Below are positions 54,464-64,000 of a stretch of 64,000 nucleotides of DNA, in pieces. The notes below the pieces were generated by a model. It saw nothing but the letters and a program-made list of their open reading frames with translations, did not search any database and was not told where the DNA came from. Origin of the DNA: a virus (Duplodnaviria; Caudoviricetes); IMG/VR virus record IMGVR_UViG_3300028833_000086, positions 32,001 to 96,000 of that record. One strand, written 5' to 3'. The position numbers and the translations under genes are program-made. Position 1 is the stretch's first letter; each line of letters opens with the position of its first letter.

Positions 54464-55594
54464 ATGGGTAAATTTGGAAAGAAGATGGAGATTAGCACCA
54501 ATCCTCTTGACTATAATATCTGTATTCTTGGTGAGTCTAAAATTGGTAAGACCACCATTGCTAAACAGATGTGTGAAAAGCTTGTAGGCGATGATGGATA
54601 TATACATTTTGATATTGGTCGTGAAGAAGGATCCTCAGCAATTGAAGGACTTGTATCTGAAACTATTGAGGACTGGTCAAAACTCTCTGAAGTTATAGAC
54701 GATATCGTTGAGAATAAGGAATCCGATTATAAGAGCCTTAAGACCGTAATCTTTGATACACTTGATGAGCTTATTATTCTTGCAGAGAATGAATCTATTC
54801 GTCAGTATAATAAGGCACATCCAGATAAGAAAGTTGACACAATTAACGGTGCATGGGGTGGCTTTGGAAAGGGTCAGGATTATGCAACCAATCTTATTCT
54901 TGACGCTATCTGGGAACTTAAAAAGGTAGGCGTTAATTCTATCATTATTGGTCACGTTAAGAGAAGTGATATTACTGATCCTGTTACTCAGGAAACCTTT
55001 TCTAAGTTGACCGCTGATACTACTCAGAGATACTTTAATGCTATTAAGAACAAGATGCACTTTGTTGCACTTGCTTATATTGACAGAGAAATTGTCAAAG
55101 AGAAAACTGGCAGACAGAATGTTATAACTAAAAAGGATATTGAAATTAACAAGGCTGTAAAAGAAAGCCGTGTTATTTCCTTTAGAGACGATACTTATTC
55201 TGTTGATTCTGGATCTCGTTTTGCAGATATTGTTGATAGAATTGCATTTGATTCTGATGAGTTCATTAATGCTATGCAGGATGCTATCGACAAGGAAAAG
55301 CATAAAGGCGGCAAGACTGACGCTCAGATCAAGAAAGAGCAAAAAGCAAGAGATGACGCAAAGGAAAAAGCAGCTAAGGAGTATTCAGAAAATAAGAAGA
55401 ATGCTGAAGCTAATGCTGAAAAATCTGATGAACTTTACGAGAAGATTAAGAATGCGGCACTCAGTATGGATAGCGACACCAAGGCTAAGATTGTTGCATT
55501 CTTGAAGGATAATGGTCTTAAGAACTTCAAGGATAAGGATGCATTCTCCCTTGATCAGCTTGAAGAAGCAGCGCAGATTCTTGGAGTGGCATAA
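54464..55594 (+). CDS. AAA_24/Sak4-like ATPase (YorG-like)
   Basis: GESKIGKTT, IFDTLD, IIIGH; ATG with AAGGAG RBS. Confidence 0.8.
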   Translation: MGKFGKKMEISTNPLDYNICILGESKIGKTTIAKQMCEKLVGDDGYIHFDIGREEGSSAIEGLVSETIEDWSKLSEVIDDIVENKESDYKSLKTVIFDTLDELIILAENESIRQYNKAHPDKKVDTINGAWGGFGKGQDYATNLILDAIWELKKVGVNSIIIGHVKRSDITDPVTQETFSKLTADTTQRYFNAIKNKMHFVALAYIDREIVKEKTGRQNVITKKDIEINKAVKESRVISFRDDTYSVDSGSRFADIVDRIAFDSDEFINAMQDAIDKEKHKGGKTDAQIKKEQKARDDAKEKAAKEYSENKKNAEANAEKSDELYEKIKNAALSMDSDTKAKIVAFLKDNGLKNFKDKDAFSLDQLEEAAQILGVA

Positions 55595-55893
55595 TGGCAA
55601 CAAAAAAGAAAATAGTTGAACCCGTTGAGGCTAAGAAATACGTTAAAGAAAAATCCTATAAAGAGCTGGCAGTTGAAAAACTGCTGGCTCGTGGGGTAAA
55701 CGTTACGCTAGAGAGCGGGGTAATAATGACAAAAGTTAGAACACCTGACGAGTTGAAGATATATAAACAAGCAATCAAAGATATCGGATACAATGCAAGT
55801 TGGGGAGCAAAGATTATAAAAGGAGAAAATAATTATGAAACTGAACGAGCAGCTGAGAGTACTCAGGGACAAGGAACAGAAGATTACTGTTAA
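55594..55893 (+). CDS. Hypothetical protein
   Basis: Coupled ORF. Confidence 0.55.
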   Translation: MATKKKIVEPVEAKKYVKEKSYKELAVEKLLARGVNVTLESGVIMTKVRTPDELKIYKQAIKDIGYNASWGAKIIKGENNYETERAAESTQGQGTEDYC

Positions 55894-56041
55894 GGATGGC
55901 GATACTATTATCGTCGACAGGGGAATAAAGAACGATGTAACCTATGGCGTTCTCAATAGGGATGTTTTCTCAACCATTGTTGAAGACGATAAGAGTGTAA
56001 CTATCTCACTCGTCAATAGAGATGCAGTAAAGAGAAAGTGA
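55835..56041 (+). CDS. Hypothetical protein
   Basis: AAGGAG RBS. Confidence 0.5.
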   Translation: MKLNEQLRVLRDKEQKITVKDGDTIIVDRGIKNDVTYGVLNRDVFSTIVEDDKSVTISLVNRDAVKRK

Positions 56042-56048
56042 GAATAAT

Positions 56049-56543
56049 ATGAGACAAGTTAAGTGTCAGGATACTGGAATACTTGTCTCAAAATCAGATG
56101 CGTGGAAGGCTCCAGACGGTAAATATTACACGTCACAAGGAGCCTTCGAGCATCTTGAAAAGGAGAAAGTATACCGTCAAAAATGCCTCGAAGAAATAGG
56201 GAATATTATGGGATATACCAGAGGTCAAAAGTTCCCTACAATTGTAGCTAAGAAACTTAAGGAATATGAATCATATGGGTTTGAAGTGGTATTCAATACC
56301 ATAATTGAAAAAAGGCAAGTCATAATTAATTCTATTAGTAATAAGGATTTTACTTCTGAATACAATAAAACATCTTATATCATGGCAATTATTACAAACA
56401 GTATTAATGACGTGTATAAAAAACAACAAAATAAAATCAAGCAACAACATATTAGTAGATCAGTAGCAACCACAGAAGAAGTTGAATCCATAGTAACTCC
56501 AGCAAATACTGGCAATATACACGATATATCTAGATTTTTATAA
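56049..56543 (+). CDS. YorH-like protein, possible helicase loader
   Basis: Precedes DnaB; YIMAII.NSIND, C-term DISRFL. Confidence 0.55.
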   Translation: MRQVKCQDTGILVSKSDAWKAPDGKYYTSQGAFEHLEKEKVYRQKCLEEIGNIMGYTRGQKFPTIVAKKLKEYESYGFEVVFNTIIEKRQVIINSISNKDFTSEYNKTSYIMAIITNSINDVYKKQQNKIKQQHISRSVATTEEVESIVTPANTGNIHDISRFL

Positions 56544-56555
56544 AGGAGTGGTTGA

Positions 56556-58019
56556 ATGATTGATATAAAAGAATTGCCCTCAGAACTTACTGAGGGACGA
56601 CAGGAAATTGAATGTAATTTCGTAATAAGTTTCTACAAGGATCCCGAACTAATTGCGGACTATAAAAATAAGCTTACTGCGGGTGAAGATATAATAACAG
56701 ATGCTGGGCAATTTTATTACAATCTTGCCCTCGGCATGGCTAAGAATGGTTATGAATCGTTTGATGATATGGCAATCATAACCTATCTATCTAATAAAAA
56801 TACAGTTAAGAAACGTTTTGATGAATACGGCGGATTATCCACACTTCATGAAATGATGGGGCTTGTTAATGAAAACAATATAGATTCGTACTATGATAAT
56901 CTTGCTAAAAATAACTTCCTCACCAAGTTATACCTTAAAGGTTTTGATATTCTTCGCGACATGAATAAGTATAAGGCTATGAGCGCTGAAGAGTGCTATG
57001 ATTACATTGAGTATCAAATAAGTGATAGCATGGTTGATGGCGTAGATAAGATCTATTCCGAAGATGTTAATGAGGACAATGATAAGTTTATCGATGAACT
57101 TGATGAAGGTGCAGAGCAGGGATATCCACTTGGTCTTAACACTCTCAATTATATGCTGGGCGGACTACACGCTGGAACAATGACGCTTTTGGGTGCGCCT
57201 ATCGGACAAGGAAAGACCAGTGGATCGGTACCTATATTTATCATGAAGAATCTTGAAGAGGGTAGGAATGTTCTTGTAATTAGTAACGAGCAGACTTGTA
57301 AAGAATATAGACAACTCATGCTCACATATGCGCTATTTAATAACTCAGAGTTTAAGGGTTGTGGTCTTAATAGAAAAAAGATTTCTCGTGGACACTTTAC
57401 ACCTGAACAGAAAGCAGAACTAAAGAAAGCAGCTGATTGGCTTAAAAACCTTAAGGGTCATGTAAGGTTTGTAGAACTTCAGGATTATAATACGGCGGCA
57501 GTGCGTAAGATTATTACCAAGTATTCTAAGATTGGTTATCCCATTGTGATCTATGATGTACTTAAACCTGCAGACGGCGCTTCAGACAGGGCATGGGCAG
57601 AATTTAACGCCTGTGCCGAAACTCTTTTTCAAATGGCTAAGAAGACTAAGGTGGCACTTGTATGTACATTTCAGCTGGCACCTGACTCACTCACAAGAAA
57701 GTATTTGGATCTCAGTTCAATTGGTAAGTCAAGAGGCATTGCAGAAACATGTCATGCATGTATAATGTTCCGTCCTGTGTTTAATAATGAATACGAGAAT
57801 TTGCATCCGTATAATTATAGAACAACAGAAGATGGCAAGAAGATTAAAGTATTGCTTGATCTTGATCCCGAGAAGCATTATATAATCATTTTTGTACCTA
57901 AGAATAGATCGGGAGAAGTTGAACCACAGATATGTGTACAATTTGATATGGCGTTTATGAGAATGAAAGAGATTGGCTGGATAGATATATCGTTTGATAA
58001 TTTTTCACGCAATCATTAA
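56556..58019 (+). CDS. dnaB: DnaB-like replicative helicase
   Basis: GAPIGQGKT, SNEQ, TFQL, KNRSG. Confidence 0.85.
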   Translation: MIDIKELPSELTEGRQEIECNFVISFYKDPELIADYKNKLTAGEDIITDAGQFYYNLALGMAKNGYESFDDMAIITYLSNKNTVKKRFDEYGGLSTLHEMMGLVNENNIDSYYDNLAKNNFLTKLYLKGFDILRDMNKYKAMSAEECYDYIEYQISDSMVDGVDKIYSEDVNEDNDKFIDELDEGAEQGYPLGLNTLNYMLGGLHAGTMTLLGAPIGQGKTSGSVPIFIMKNLEEGRNVLVISNEQTCKEYRQLMLTYALFNNSEFKGCGLNRKKISRGHFTPEQKAELKKAADWLKNLKGHVRFVELQDYNTAAVRKIITKYSKIGYPIVIYDVLKPADGASDRAWAEFNACAETLFQMAKKTKVALVCTFQLAPDSLTRKYLDLSSIGKSRGIAETCHACIMFRPVFNNEYENLHPYNYRTTEDGKKIKVLLDLDPEKHYIIIFVPKNRSGEVEPQICVQFDMAFMRMKEIGWIDISFDNFSRNH

Positions 58020-58020
58020 C

Positions 58021-58049
58021 TTGACAAAGTAACAAATGTGTGTTAGTAT
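58021..58049 (+). promoter_or_regulatory. SigmaA-type promoter
   Basis: TTGACA-17-TAGTAT with TGTG extension. Confidence 0.6.
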
Positions 58050-58073
58050 GCTCTTTGATGGGAGGTAGTATAT

Positions 58074-59186
58074 ATGAATTTAGTTTATCTTGATTATGCG
58101 GCAACAACGCCTGTATTACAATGTGCAAAAGATGCGGTAAATAAGTACATGGATATTTATTATAATCCATCAGCCGCTTATCAGGGCGCGCGTGAAGTTA
58201 GATCTGATATTGAAATGGCTCGTGGTATTATAGCAGAATGCATTGGAGCAGATCCTGAAGAAATATTCTTTACCAGTGGAGCAACAGAAGGCAATAATAT
58301 TGTAATACGTGGATTACTGCATTGTACTAATGGTAGACTTGTTACAAGTAATATCGAGCATCATTCAGTACTTAATCTTGTTAATGGTAATTCATATATA
58401 TTACATGTAGATCCCACAGGACATGTTGATCCAGACGATTTAAAAGGTGCGATCGACAAGGGTGATCTTGTATCTGTTATGGCTATTAATAATGAGATAG
58501 GGACAATTCAGCCCATTAAAGAACTTGCCAAAATAACACACGAATATGATGCATTATTTCATACAGATATGACTCAGGCGGTAGGACATATGCCTATAAA
58601 TGTGCATGAGTTAGGCGTTGACTTTGCAACAGCAAGCGGACATAAATTTGGAGCTCCTAAAGGTGTGGGCTTCTTATACATGCGTAAAGGATTAAGACTC
58701 TTTCCACTTGTAAATGGAGGTGGACAGGAACGCGGTCTTAGATCTGGTACAGAGAATGTGTGTGGAATTATGGCTATGGCCGCAGCGCTTCAGCATATGA
58801 CAGATCATATGGACGATAATCTTAGACACATTGCAGACATTAAAAGTTATCTTTGTGATGAACTTGATCATAGCGGATTTCACTTTGCATACAACTATGT
58901 CATTACAGATCATTACATGGGCAATTGTAATATATGTTTTATGAACCAGCGTGGTGAAGAGATTGTTGAGTTCCTGTCTAACAACGGAATTTACGTATCG
59001 TCTGGTAGTGCATGCACAACACATGACGAGGAACCTTCTCATGTGCTTAAGGCTATAGGATTAACGGATGATCAGGCGGAAGCGTCCATCCGTATTTCAA
59101 TAAGTGAACAAACTACTAAAGAAGAAATAGATGAACTTATTAAAGCATTAAGAATGTATTTTTCTTTGAGGAGGAGTGATGATTAA
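58074..59186 (+). CDS. iscS: Cysteine desulfurase (IscS/NifS class I)
   Basis: YLDYAATTP, FTSGATE, EHHSV, SGHKFG (PLP Lys), RSGTEN, SSGSACT. Confidence 0.95.
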   Translation: MNLVYLDYAATTPVLQCAKDAVNKYMDIYYNPSAAYQGAREVRSDIEMARGIIAECIGADPEEIFFTSGATEGNNIVIRGLLHCTNGRLVTSNIEHHSVLNLVNGNSYILHVDPTGHVDPDDLKGAIDKGDLVSVMAINNEIGTIQPIKELAKITHEYDALFHTDMTQAVGHMPINVHELGVDFATASGHKFGAPKGVGFLYMRKGLRLFPLVNGGGQERGLRSGTENVCGIMAMAAALQHMTDHMDDNLRHIADIKSYLCDELDHSGFHFAYNYVITDHYMGNCNICFMNQRGEEIVEFLSNNGIYVSSGSACTTHDEEPSHVLKAIGLTDDQAEASIRISISEQTTKEEIDELIKALRMYFSLRRSDD

Positions 59187-60217
59187 TGATCGACGCCGTA
59201 AGTCTCAAAGAATATTTGAGAGGTAAAGAAGACGAAATAGTTACCGTGCTTGAGAAAATAGGCATAGAAACCGAAAATATAAAATACCATCCAACACAGA
59301 ATTACCTATCAATGCCAAGAATCGGAGGAGATAATAAGAATGGATTACTGATATGGCTTGATAGTCTGAATTATAAAATGATGACAAGAAATAAATCGGG
59401 TAATCTTTTCACGCTGGTAATGGATGAAATGGATTGTAGTTTTCCTAGTGCGTTGGATAAAATAGCCAAATGGGTAGGATATAAAGATGACATTAGGATT
59501 AGACTTCCGTTTGACGGTTTTTATAAGCAAGCAAAGAAAGATATATTTGGTAATTATGATTTAAATTTTACCTATTATTCAGAATCTGACCTACCCCCAG
59601 CCAATGCATTATCACAGAAATTCTTTAAGGATGGTGTTGATTTTAAAACTCAGGAATTGTTTGGGGTACGAATGGATCTCTCGGATAATAGTATTGCAAT
59701 CCCCATACATGATTATGGCGGTAAATTAATAGGATGTAAAAATAGAAATAACGATCCTTTCTGTGATAAAGACCATAGATATTATGCTTCTTTACCCTAT
59801 CCTAAAAACAATGTTGTATATGGATATTCGATGAACTATTACAATATCATTAATAAAAATAATCTTGTTTTATTGGAAGCAGAGAAGGGGGTTCAGCAGT
59901 TATATAGTTTCGGATCAGGCATTGGATTGGGCGTTAGCGGACATTGTTTAAGCACCGTACAGGCACATTATATAAAAAGTCTGGGGGTGAAGAACATTAT
60001 AATAGCGTATGATGAAGGAATATCTGAAGACGAGATAAGATTTGAGGCAGAAAAACTTAAAGTCAATAATCACATGATGAATAATAATGTGTATTATCTT
60101 TTTGATCGGAATAATTATTATCTCAATAAAGGATCAAAAGACAGTCCTTCCGATCATGGAAGATATGTATTTGAACAAATGTGTAAGAACTCTATAGTGA
60201 AAGTAGGTGCAGCATGA
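59186..60217 (+). CDS. DNA primase (TOPRIM; YorJ-like)
   Basis: IPIHD..G.LIG...R, EAEK, IIAYDEG, K.SPSD. Confidence 0.8.
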   Translation: MIDAVSLKEYLRGKEDEIVTVLEKIGIETENIKYHPTQNYLSMPRIGGDNKNGLLIWLDSLNYKMMTRNKSGNLFTLVMDEMDCSFPSALDKIAKWVGYKDDIRIRLPFDGFYKQAKKDIFGNYDLNFTYYSESDLPPANALSQKFFKDGVDFKTQELFGVRMDLSDNSIAIPIHDYGGKLIGCKNRNNDPFCDKDHRYYASLPYPKNNVVYGYSMNYYNIINKNNLVLLEAEKGVQQLYSFGSGIGLGVSGHCLSTVQAHYIKSLGVKNIIIAYDEGISEDEIRFEAEKLKVNNHMMNNNVYYLFDRNNYYLNKGSKDSPSDHGRYVFEQMCKNSIVKVGAA

Positions 60218-60663
60218 CTAAAAAAGAGTTAAAAGATTATAAGATAGTTGACATAAATATAAAGGGCAATACAGTACGTTATTATCTTGCTAAGGACGAA
60301 ACACTTTTAAAAGAGTATTGGGGCGACGACTGGGGTGATCGTCCGTATGAACACAATGCGGGAACTGTATATAGAGAATATGTAGAAAAAATTATTGATA
60401 TTTTTTACCCCTATGACATGGTTGTAACAGAACCTAGCGATGATTGGACATATCACGGCAATTCTCCCTTCTGTAAAGAAGACTTTAAAAAACGCAAAGC
60501 ACCTAGAATATGTATTTATTATCCAGCACAGCCTTGGGATGAAGGCCCATATTCAAAAATTATGGGTGATGAATCAGTTAATAGAATTTACTATGGGGAT
60601 CTTATTACAAAGGCACTTAAAGATAGTGTTTATTTTCAGGAGGTAGAGAATGAAGTTAAGTAA
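60214..60663 (+). CDS. Conserved hypothetical phage protein
   Basis: WGDDW.D.PYEHNAG motif. Confidence 0.7.
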   Translation: MTKKELKDYKIVDINIKGNTVRYYLAKDETLLKEYWGDDWGDRPYEHNAGTVYREYVEKIIDIFYPYDMVVTEPSDDWTYHGNSPFCKEDFKKRKAPRICIYYPAQPWDEGPYSKIMGDESVNRIYYGDLITKALKDSVYFQEVENEVK

Positions 60664-60976
60664 GGTTGGGTGTTTTAATCTTATTACTGCATATATTAAA
60701 CAGATTGGAATAGATTATATCGATGCTATGCATAAAAATAACATTGAAGAAATGATTGAAATTGAAGAGCATATTTTATCAGATGATTTTTTAGGAGAAG
60801 CAATAGGCGTATCGGCAAAATCCACACTTTCATATCTGCGAGACATTAACGAAAGACATCTAGATTACTTTCATTACAAACCTGAAAAGTATGATTACGA
60901 GATTGTAAGGGATAAAATAAGTGGTTATCCTGTTGAGATTATAAAGAAGGAGAAGGTATTAAATGGAGAGGGCTAA
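60650..60976 (+). CDS. Hypothetical protein
   Basis: Coupled ORF, GGAGG RBS. Confidence 0.55.
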   Translation: MKLSKVGCFNLITAYIKQIGIDYIDAMHKNNIEEMIEIEEHILSDDFLGEAIGVSAKSTLSYLRDINERHLDYFHYKPEKYDYEIVRDKISGYPVEIIKKEKVLNGEG

Positions 60977-62039
60977 GGAATCTCGCCTTGAAGAATTAAA
61001 AGAGCAGGGCAAGAATATATATTCCATATCAAGACTGAATAGTCTTAATCAGTGCCCCTATGCAGCGTACATAACGTACGTTCTTGGAGATAGGGGAGAC
61101 AATAATGTATGGGCTGCACTTGGATCTATAATGCACGATACGCTCCAGTATATTATTGATAAGGGCGTGGCAACACCAGCGTTAACGGCTGGGTTACTTA
61201 CTAATAAACTCAATGACGGTATAGATAATATGGAGATCAGCGGCGTTGATTTTCCTAAGGATAGAAATGGCGGCACTGCTATCAGAGATAATTGGATAGC
61301 CAACATGACTACCTTCTGCGATCACTTCAAGGCTCCCGAAGGTGAGTTTAAAACAGAGCAGTTGGTTATATATAGGACTCCCGAAGATGATTATGTGCAA
61401 GGCTACATAGATCTGCTCAAGATTAATGATGACGGAACCGTAAGTGTATATGACTGGAAGACAAGTTCTCAATTCGTTGGAGACCATCTTATTGAGGCTG
61501 GTAGACAGTTGGTTCTTTATGCTCAGGCTCTTGAACAAGAGGGATATAAAGTTAGAGATCTAGCATGGGTAATGCTCAAGTATTGTGTAGTCAAGTGGAA
61601 ACAGAAGAATGGTAAGATCAAAGAAAAGGTTTGCGAGTGGCGTAACTATGTATCACAGATCCGTCCATATCTTCTCAACCCTTCTGTGGCAGTCGACATT
61701 GATGAATTTGAATTGGATATGTTAGTCAGTAAGGCTGTCGAAGAAAACTCTCTTGATGGGCTTCCTAAGGAGTTAAGAGACCAGTTTGAAGTCGAACAGT
61801 ATGTTAGATATTACGATTACACTCAGGAAATAATTGACGAGACACTTGACTATGTAACAAATCAAATCCAATCGTTTAAAGATCGTGGTCAGGACGAGAA
61901 GAATTATCCACCTAAAGATGTAGCAAAGGATAGTTATTTCTGTTCATCATTGTGCGGACATAATAGAAGATGTCCGTATTATAAAGATTATTGCGCAACG
62001 TTTGTTAAAAAAGATAAAGAAGATGAGGATTTATTTTAA
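60963..62039 (+). CDS. PD-(D/E)XK exonuclease, AddB/Cas4-like with four conserved Cys
   Basis: SISRL...QCP, G...H, GYIDL, DWKT, QL.LY, C..LC....C. Confidence 0.82.
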   Translation: MERAKESRLEELKEQGKNIYSISRLNSLNQCPYAAYITYVLGDRGDNNVWAALGSIMHDTLQYIIDKGVATPALTAGLLTNKLNDGIDNMEISGVDFPKDRNGGTAIRDNWIANMTTFCDHFKAPEGEFKTEQLVIYRTPEDDYVQGYIDLLKINDDGTVSVYDWKTSSQFVGDHLIEAGRQLVLYAQALEQEGYKVRDLAWVMLKYCVVKWKQKNGKIKEKVCEWRNYVSQIRPYLLNPSVAVDIDEFELDMLVSKAVEENSLDGLPKELRDQFEVEQYVRYYDYTQEIIDETLDYVTNQIQSFKDRGQDEKNYPPKDVAKDSYFCSSLCGHNRRCPYYKDYCATFVKKDKEDEDLF

Positions 62040-62211
62040 TGAGTAAACGTAGCCTTGATAAGAAAAGAGTATTTCAGGATAACTTTATAAAGCGTTGGTG
62101 CTGTTCTGCGGTTAACCATCCTGAAGGCTGGGCGTGGTGGAAGCGTAAGAATCGTAAGCGTGCCAGACAAAAGAGAAAAGAAGAAACAAGGAAGGAGGTA
62201 GAAAGCTAATA

Positions 62212-62517
62212 ATGAAGTGTAAATGTGATAGATGTGGTAAAGAATATGAATATTACGGAAAGGATGTCGGAGAGGATCTTATTAAGGTTGGGGGAGAGTA
62301 TATTAAATTATGTGAATCCTGCATGTTTAAAGTTGCAACGTTACTAAAAAAGACTGATTATGAATGGATCCGTGACGCTCTTACCCGAGTAGGATATGAA
62401 AATGATATTATACCTCATGATGACAAACATTATTTTGTTCTCAATGCTTATGGTAATAAGATTGCCATAGAGTTTGATGAAGCTGGCGAGTTTGAAAAGA
62501 TCACCGAGGCTGAATAA
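62212..62517 (+). CDS. Zn-ribbon hypothetical protein
   Basis: CDRC...CESC. Confidence 0.55.
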   Translation: MKCKCDRCGKEYEYYGKDVGEDLIKVGGEYIKLCESCMFKVATLLKKTDYEWIRDALTRVGYENDIIPHDDKHYFVLNAYGNKIAIEFDEAGEFEKITEAE

Positions 62518-62640
62518 TGCGGGTTAGTAAGCGTGCGGCGGCTACGTCGCCGTGTAAGAATTGTAAGAATAGATCTGCAGAGTGTCACAGAAATTGTATT
62601 AAATACGTGACATATATAAAATCAAATAAGAAAAGAGGTT

Positions 62641-62895
62641 GTGTTAAATATTATGAACACTAATGAAGATGTGGTAAATCATCCCAGTCATTATACTGCT
62701 GGGAAGTATGAAGTAATTGATATGATTAGTGAGATTGTGGGACATTATGAAGGAGAGGTGGCGTATGATCTTGGCAATACAATAAAGTATATATCTCGTG
62801 CAGGGCTAAAGAATCCTGATAAATTAGTCGAAGATTTAAAAAAGGGACGTTTCTATTTAGATCGTGCTATAAAAAAACTTGAAGAGAGTACTTGA
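62641..62895 (+). CDS. DUF3310-family protein
   Basis: VNHPSHY..G..EVID, GN.IKY..RAG.K, EDLKK..FY. Confidence 0.85.
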   Translation: MLNIMNTNEDVVNHPSHYTAGKYEVIDMISEIVGHYEGEVAYDLGNTIKYISRAGLKNPDKLVEDLKKGRFYLDRAIKKLEEST

Positions 62896-62920
62896 CATTA
62901 TAACAATAATATGTTAATAT
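62892..62920 (+). promoter_or_regulatory. SigmaA-type promoter of the RNA gene region
   Basis: TTGACA-17-TAATAT, TG extension. Confidence 0.7.
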
Positions 62921-63019
62921 ATAATTGATGAGGGGCGTTAAGTCCTGTTCATGTTTTTACCTCCTAGAGTCGGGGCGGAGGTGTCGCAAGCCTCCGCCTC
63001 ATATGGTCTAATCATATAA

Positions 63020-63092
<73 letters not shown>

Positions 63093-63096
63093 GTTC

Positions 63097-63750
63097 AACC
63101 GCAGTAATACTTGAATTGACAAGTTATGTCGGGCAACAGGGTTGACCGTAGCGGTGCGGTTTCTTCTCGTCTGTACCAACAGGATTAATAAAACAGATAT
63201 ATAGGTTGTAAAGAAGGTGATCCTGACTAAATAGTCTAAAAACCATCTTCGGTGCTATGAGACCGAGAATCTCATAAGGTTCTCCCTAAGAACTGAAATT
63301 AGGCGTATGGAGAGATTGCAGAGCATCGCTCATCCTCACTCCACCCCACGAAAATGGTAATTAAAGATGACTGAGAGATGTGTGTAGTGAGAGCGACGAA
63401 GAGGACAACATAAGACTCTAACCTCCCATGGCGTAGTTATGGTTCTGCGTGTGCATGGGGATAAAAACCAACTAAGCCCAAACAGTTTGCTATTGTACGT
63501 ACAAGATGGTAACTTGGCGTGACGCAATATAAAGGTCGGCTCTGATCTTATCATAACCAATCAGGGCGTAGGTTCGAATCCTACTTTGGGCGTGATCCTA
63601 ATCCGAGAATCCTAGGAATGGCAAAAGCTGAAATGCTATGTCTACTCGGAGGGCGCGAGCTAATCCGCGAACGAAAGCTGGTCACAGCCCCTTGATTGGA
63701 GGCATGAGTATCTTTGAGACAGGAATCCTAGCGATAGGACGAAAGATATA
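63097..63750 (+). ncRNA. Candidate ornate large ncRNA (ROOL/GOLLD-like) with embedded tRNA-like domain
   Basis: ~650 nt without a credible ORF, between tRNA genes; many hairpins, repeated CCGAGAAT and CTGAAAT, GAGTA...GAAA. Confidence 0.5.
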
Positions 63751-63760
63751 TGGGGCAAAT

Positions 63761-63863
63761 CGGTGAGTGGTGTAATGGTAACACGGCAAGGCTTTTATTC
63801 TCCTGTTGCTTACAAAACTTTTCCAAAAATTCGCAGATGTTGGTTCAATCCCAGCCTCACCGA
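63761..63863 (+). tRNA. Atypical tRNA with ~30-nt expansion of the anticodon loop
   Basis: CGGTGAG/CTCACCG acceptor; GTGT-aatggta-ACAC D-arm; GTTGG-TTCAATC-CCAGC T-arm; 103 nt. Confidence 0.6.
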
Positions 63864-64000
63864 TGTTAAGTGAGAATTAAATGTTGCAGAAAACCAGAGG
63901 GTTAGAAGGAGCAACACTGATATGGTGTTGGAGCCTGATTACTAGTTTCGATGAGAGGACGCTCTTGCAACAGCTAGCATTTTAAATATAATAATACAAA

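Noticed and set aside
50692-59186. Complete Dnd phosphorothioation system (DndB-like plus IscS)
   Set aside because: No dndC/D/E seen; the DGQHR gene is better explained as the SPbeta YopQ-like gene beside MrpR.
60963-62039. Cas4 as part of a CRISPR-Cas locus
   Set aside because: No other cas gene or array; context is a phage replication/recombination module.

Overview
64 kb segment of a large (SPbeta-like) temperate phage of Bacillota. A Clostridia host is inferred from DUF5688, a CD1375-like gene, a Gram-positive SOS box and sigmaA promoters. The left arm (1-19.2 kb, minus strand) has a YonO-like single-subunit RNA polymerase, an intein-containing RNA ligase, ClpP, a metallophosphoesterase, terminase genes and a cluster of modular discoidin/fibre proteins. 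An A/T-only stretch between 23-bp direct repeats (~19.3-19.56 kb) marks the strand switch and probable origin. The right arm (plus strand) has a GC-rich structured ncRNA candidate and ~30 kb of mostly small early/accessory genes (two orphan HicA, DUF932, Gp88, JAB, tyrosine recombinase, TnpB). These are followed by a DndB-like plus MrpR-like repression module, a replication module with an inserted cysteine desulfurase, and a tRNA/large-ncRNA region. The most striking observation is the ORF-free ~940-nt cassette upstream of the terminase genes (9660-10600, minus strand). It packs five A-rich-linker H-type pseudoknots resembling two kinds of type III antitoxin RNA, two solitary CRISPR-repeat-like units, two D-arm-less tRNA mimics and a duplicated structured motif, with no cognate toxin or cas gene in the window. 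This is a candidate polycistronic RNA-decoy (anti-defence) array. All family calls are from motif recognition, not database searches. Many small hypothetical ORFs are grouped rather than listed.
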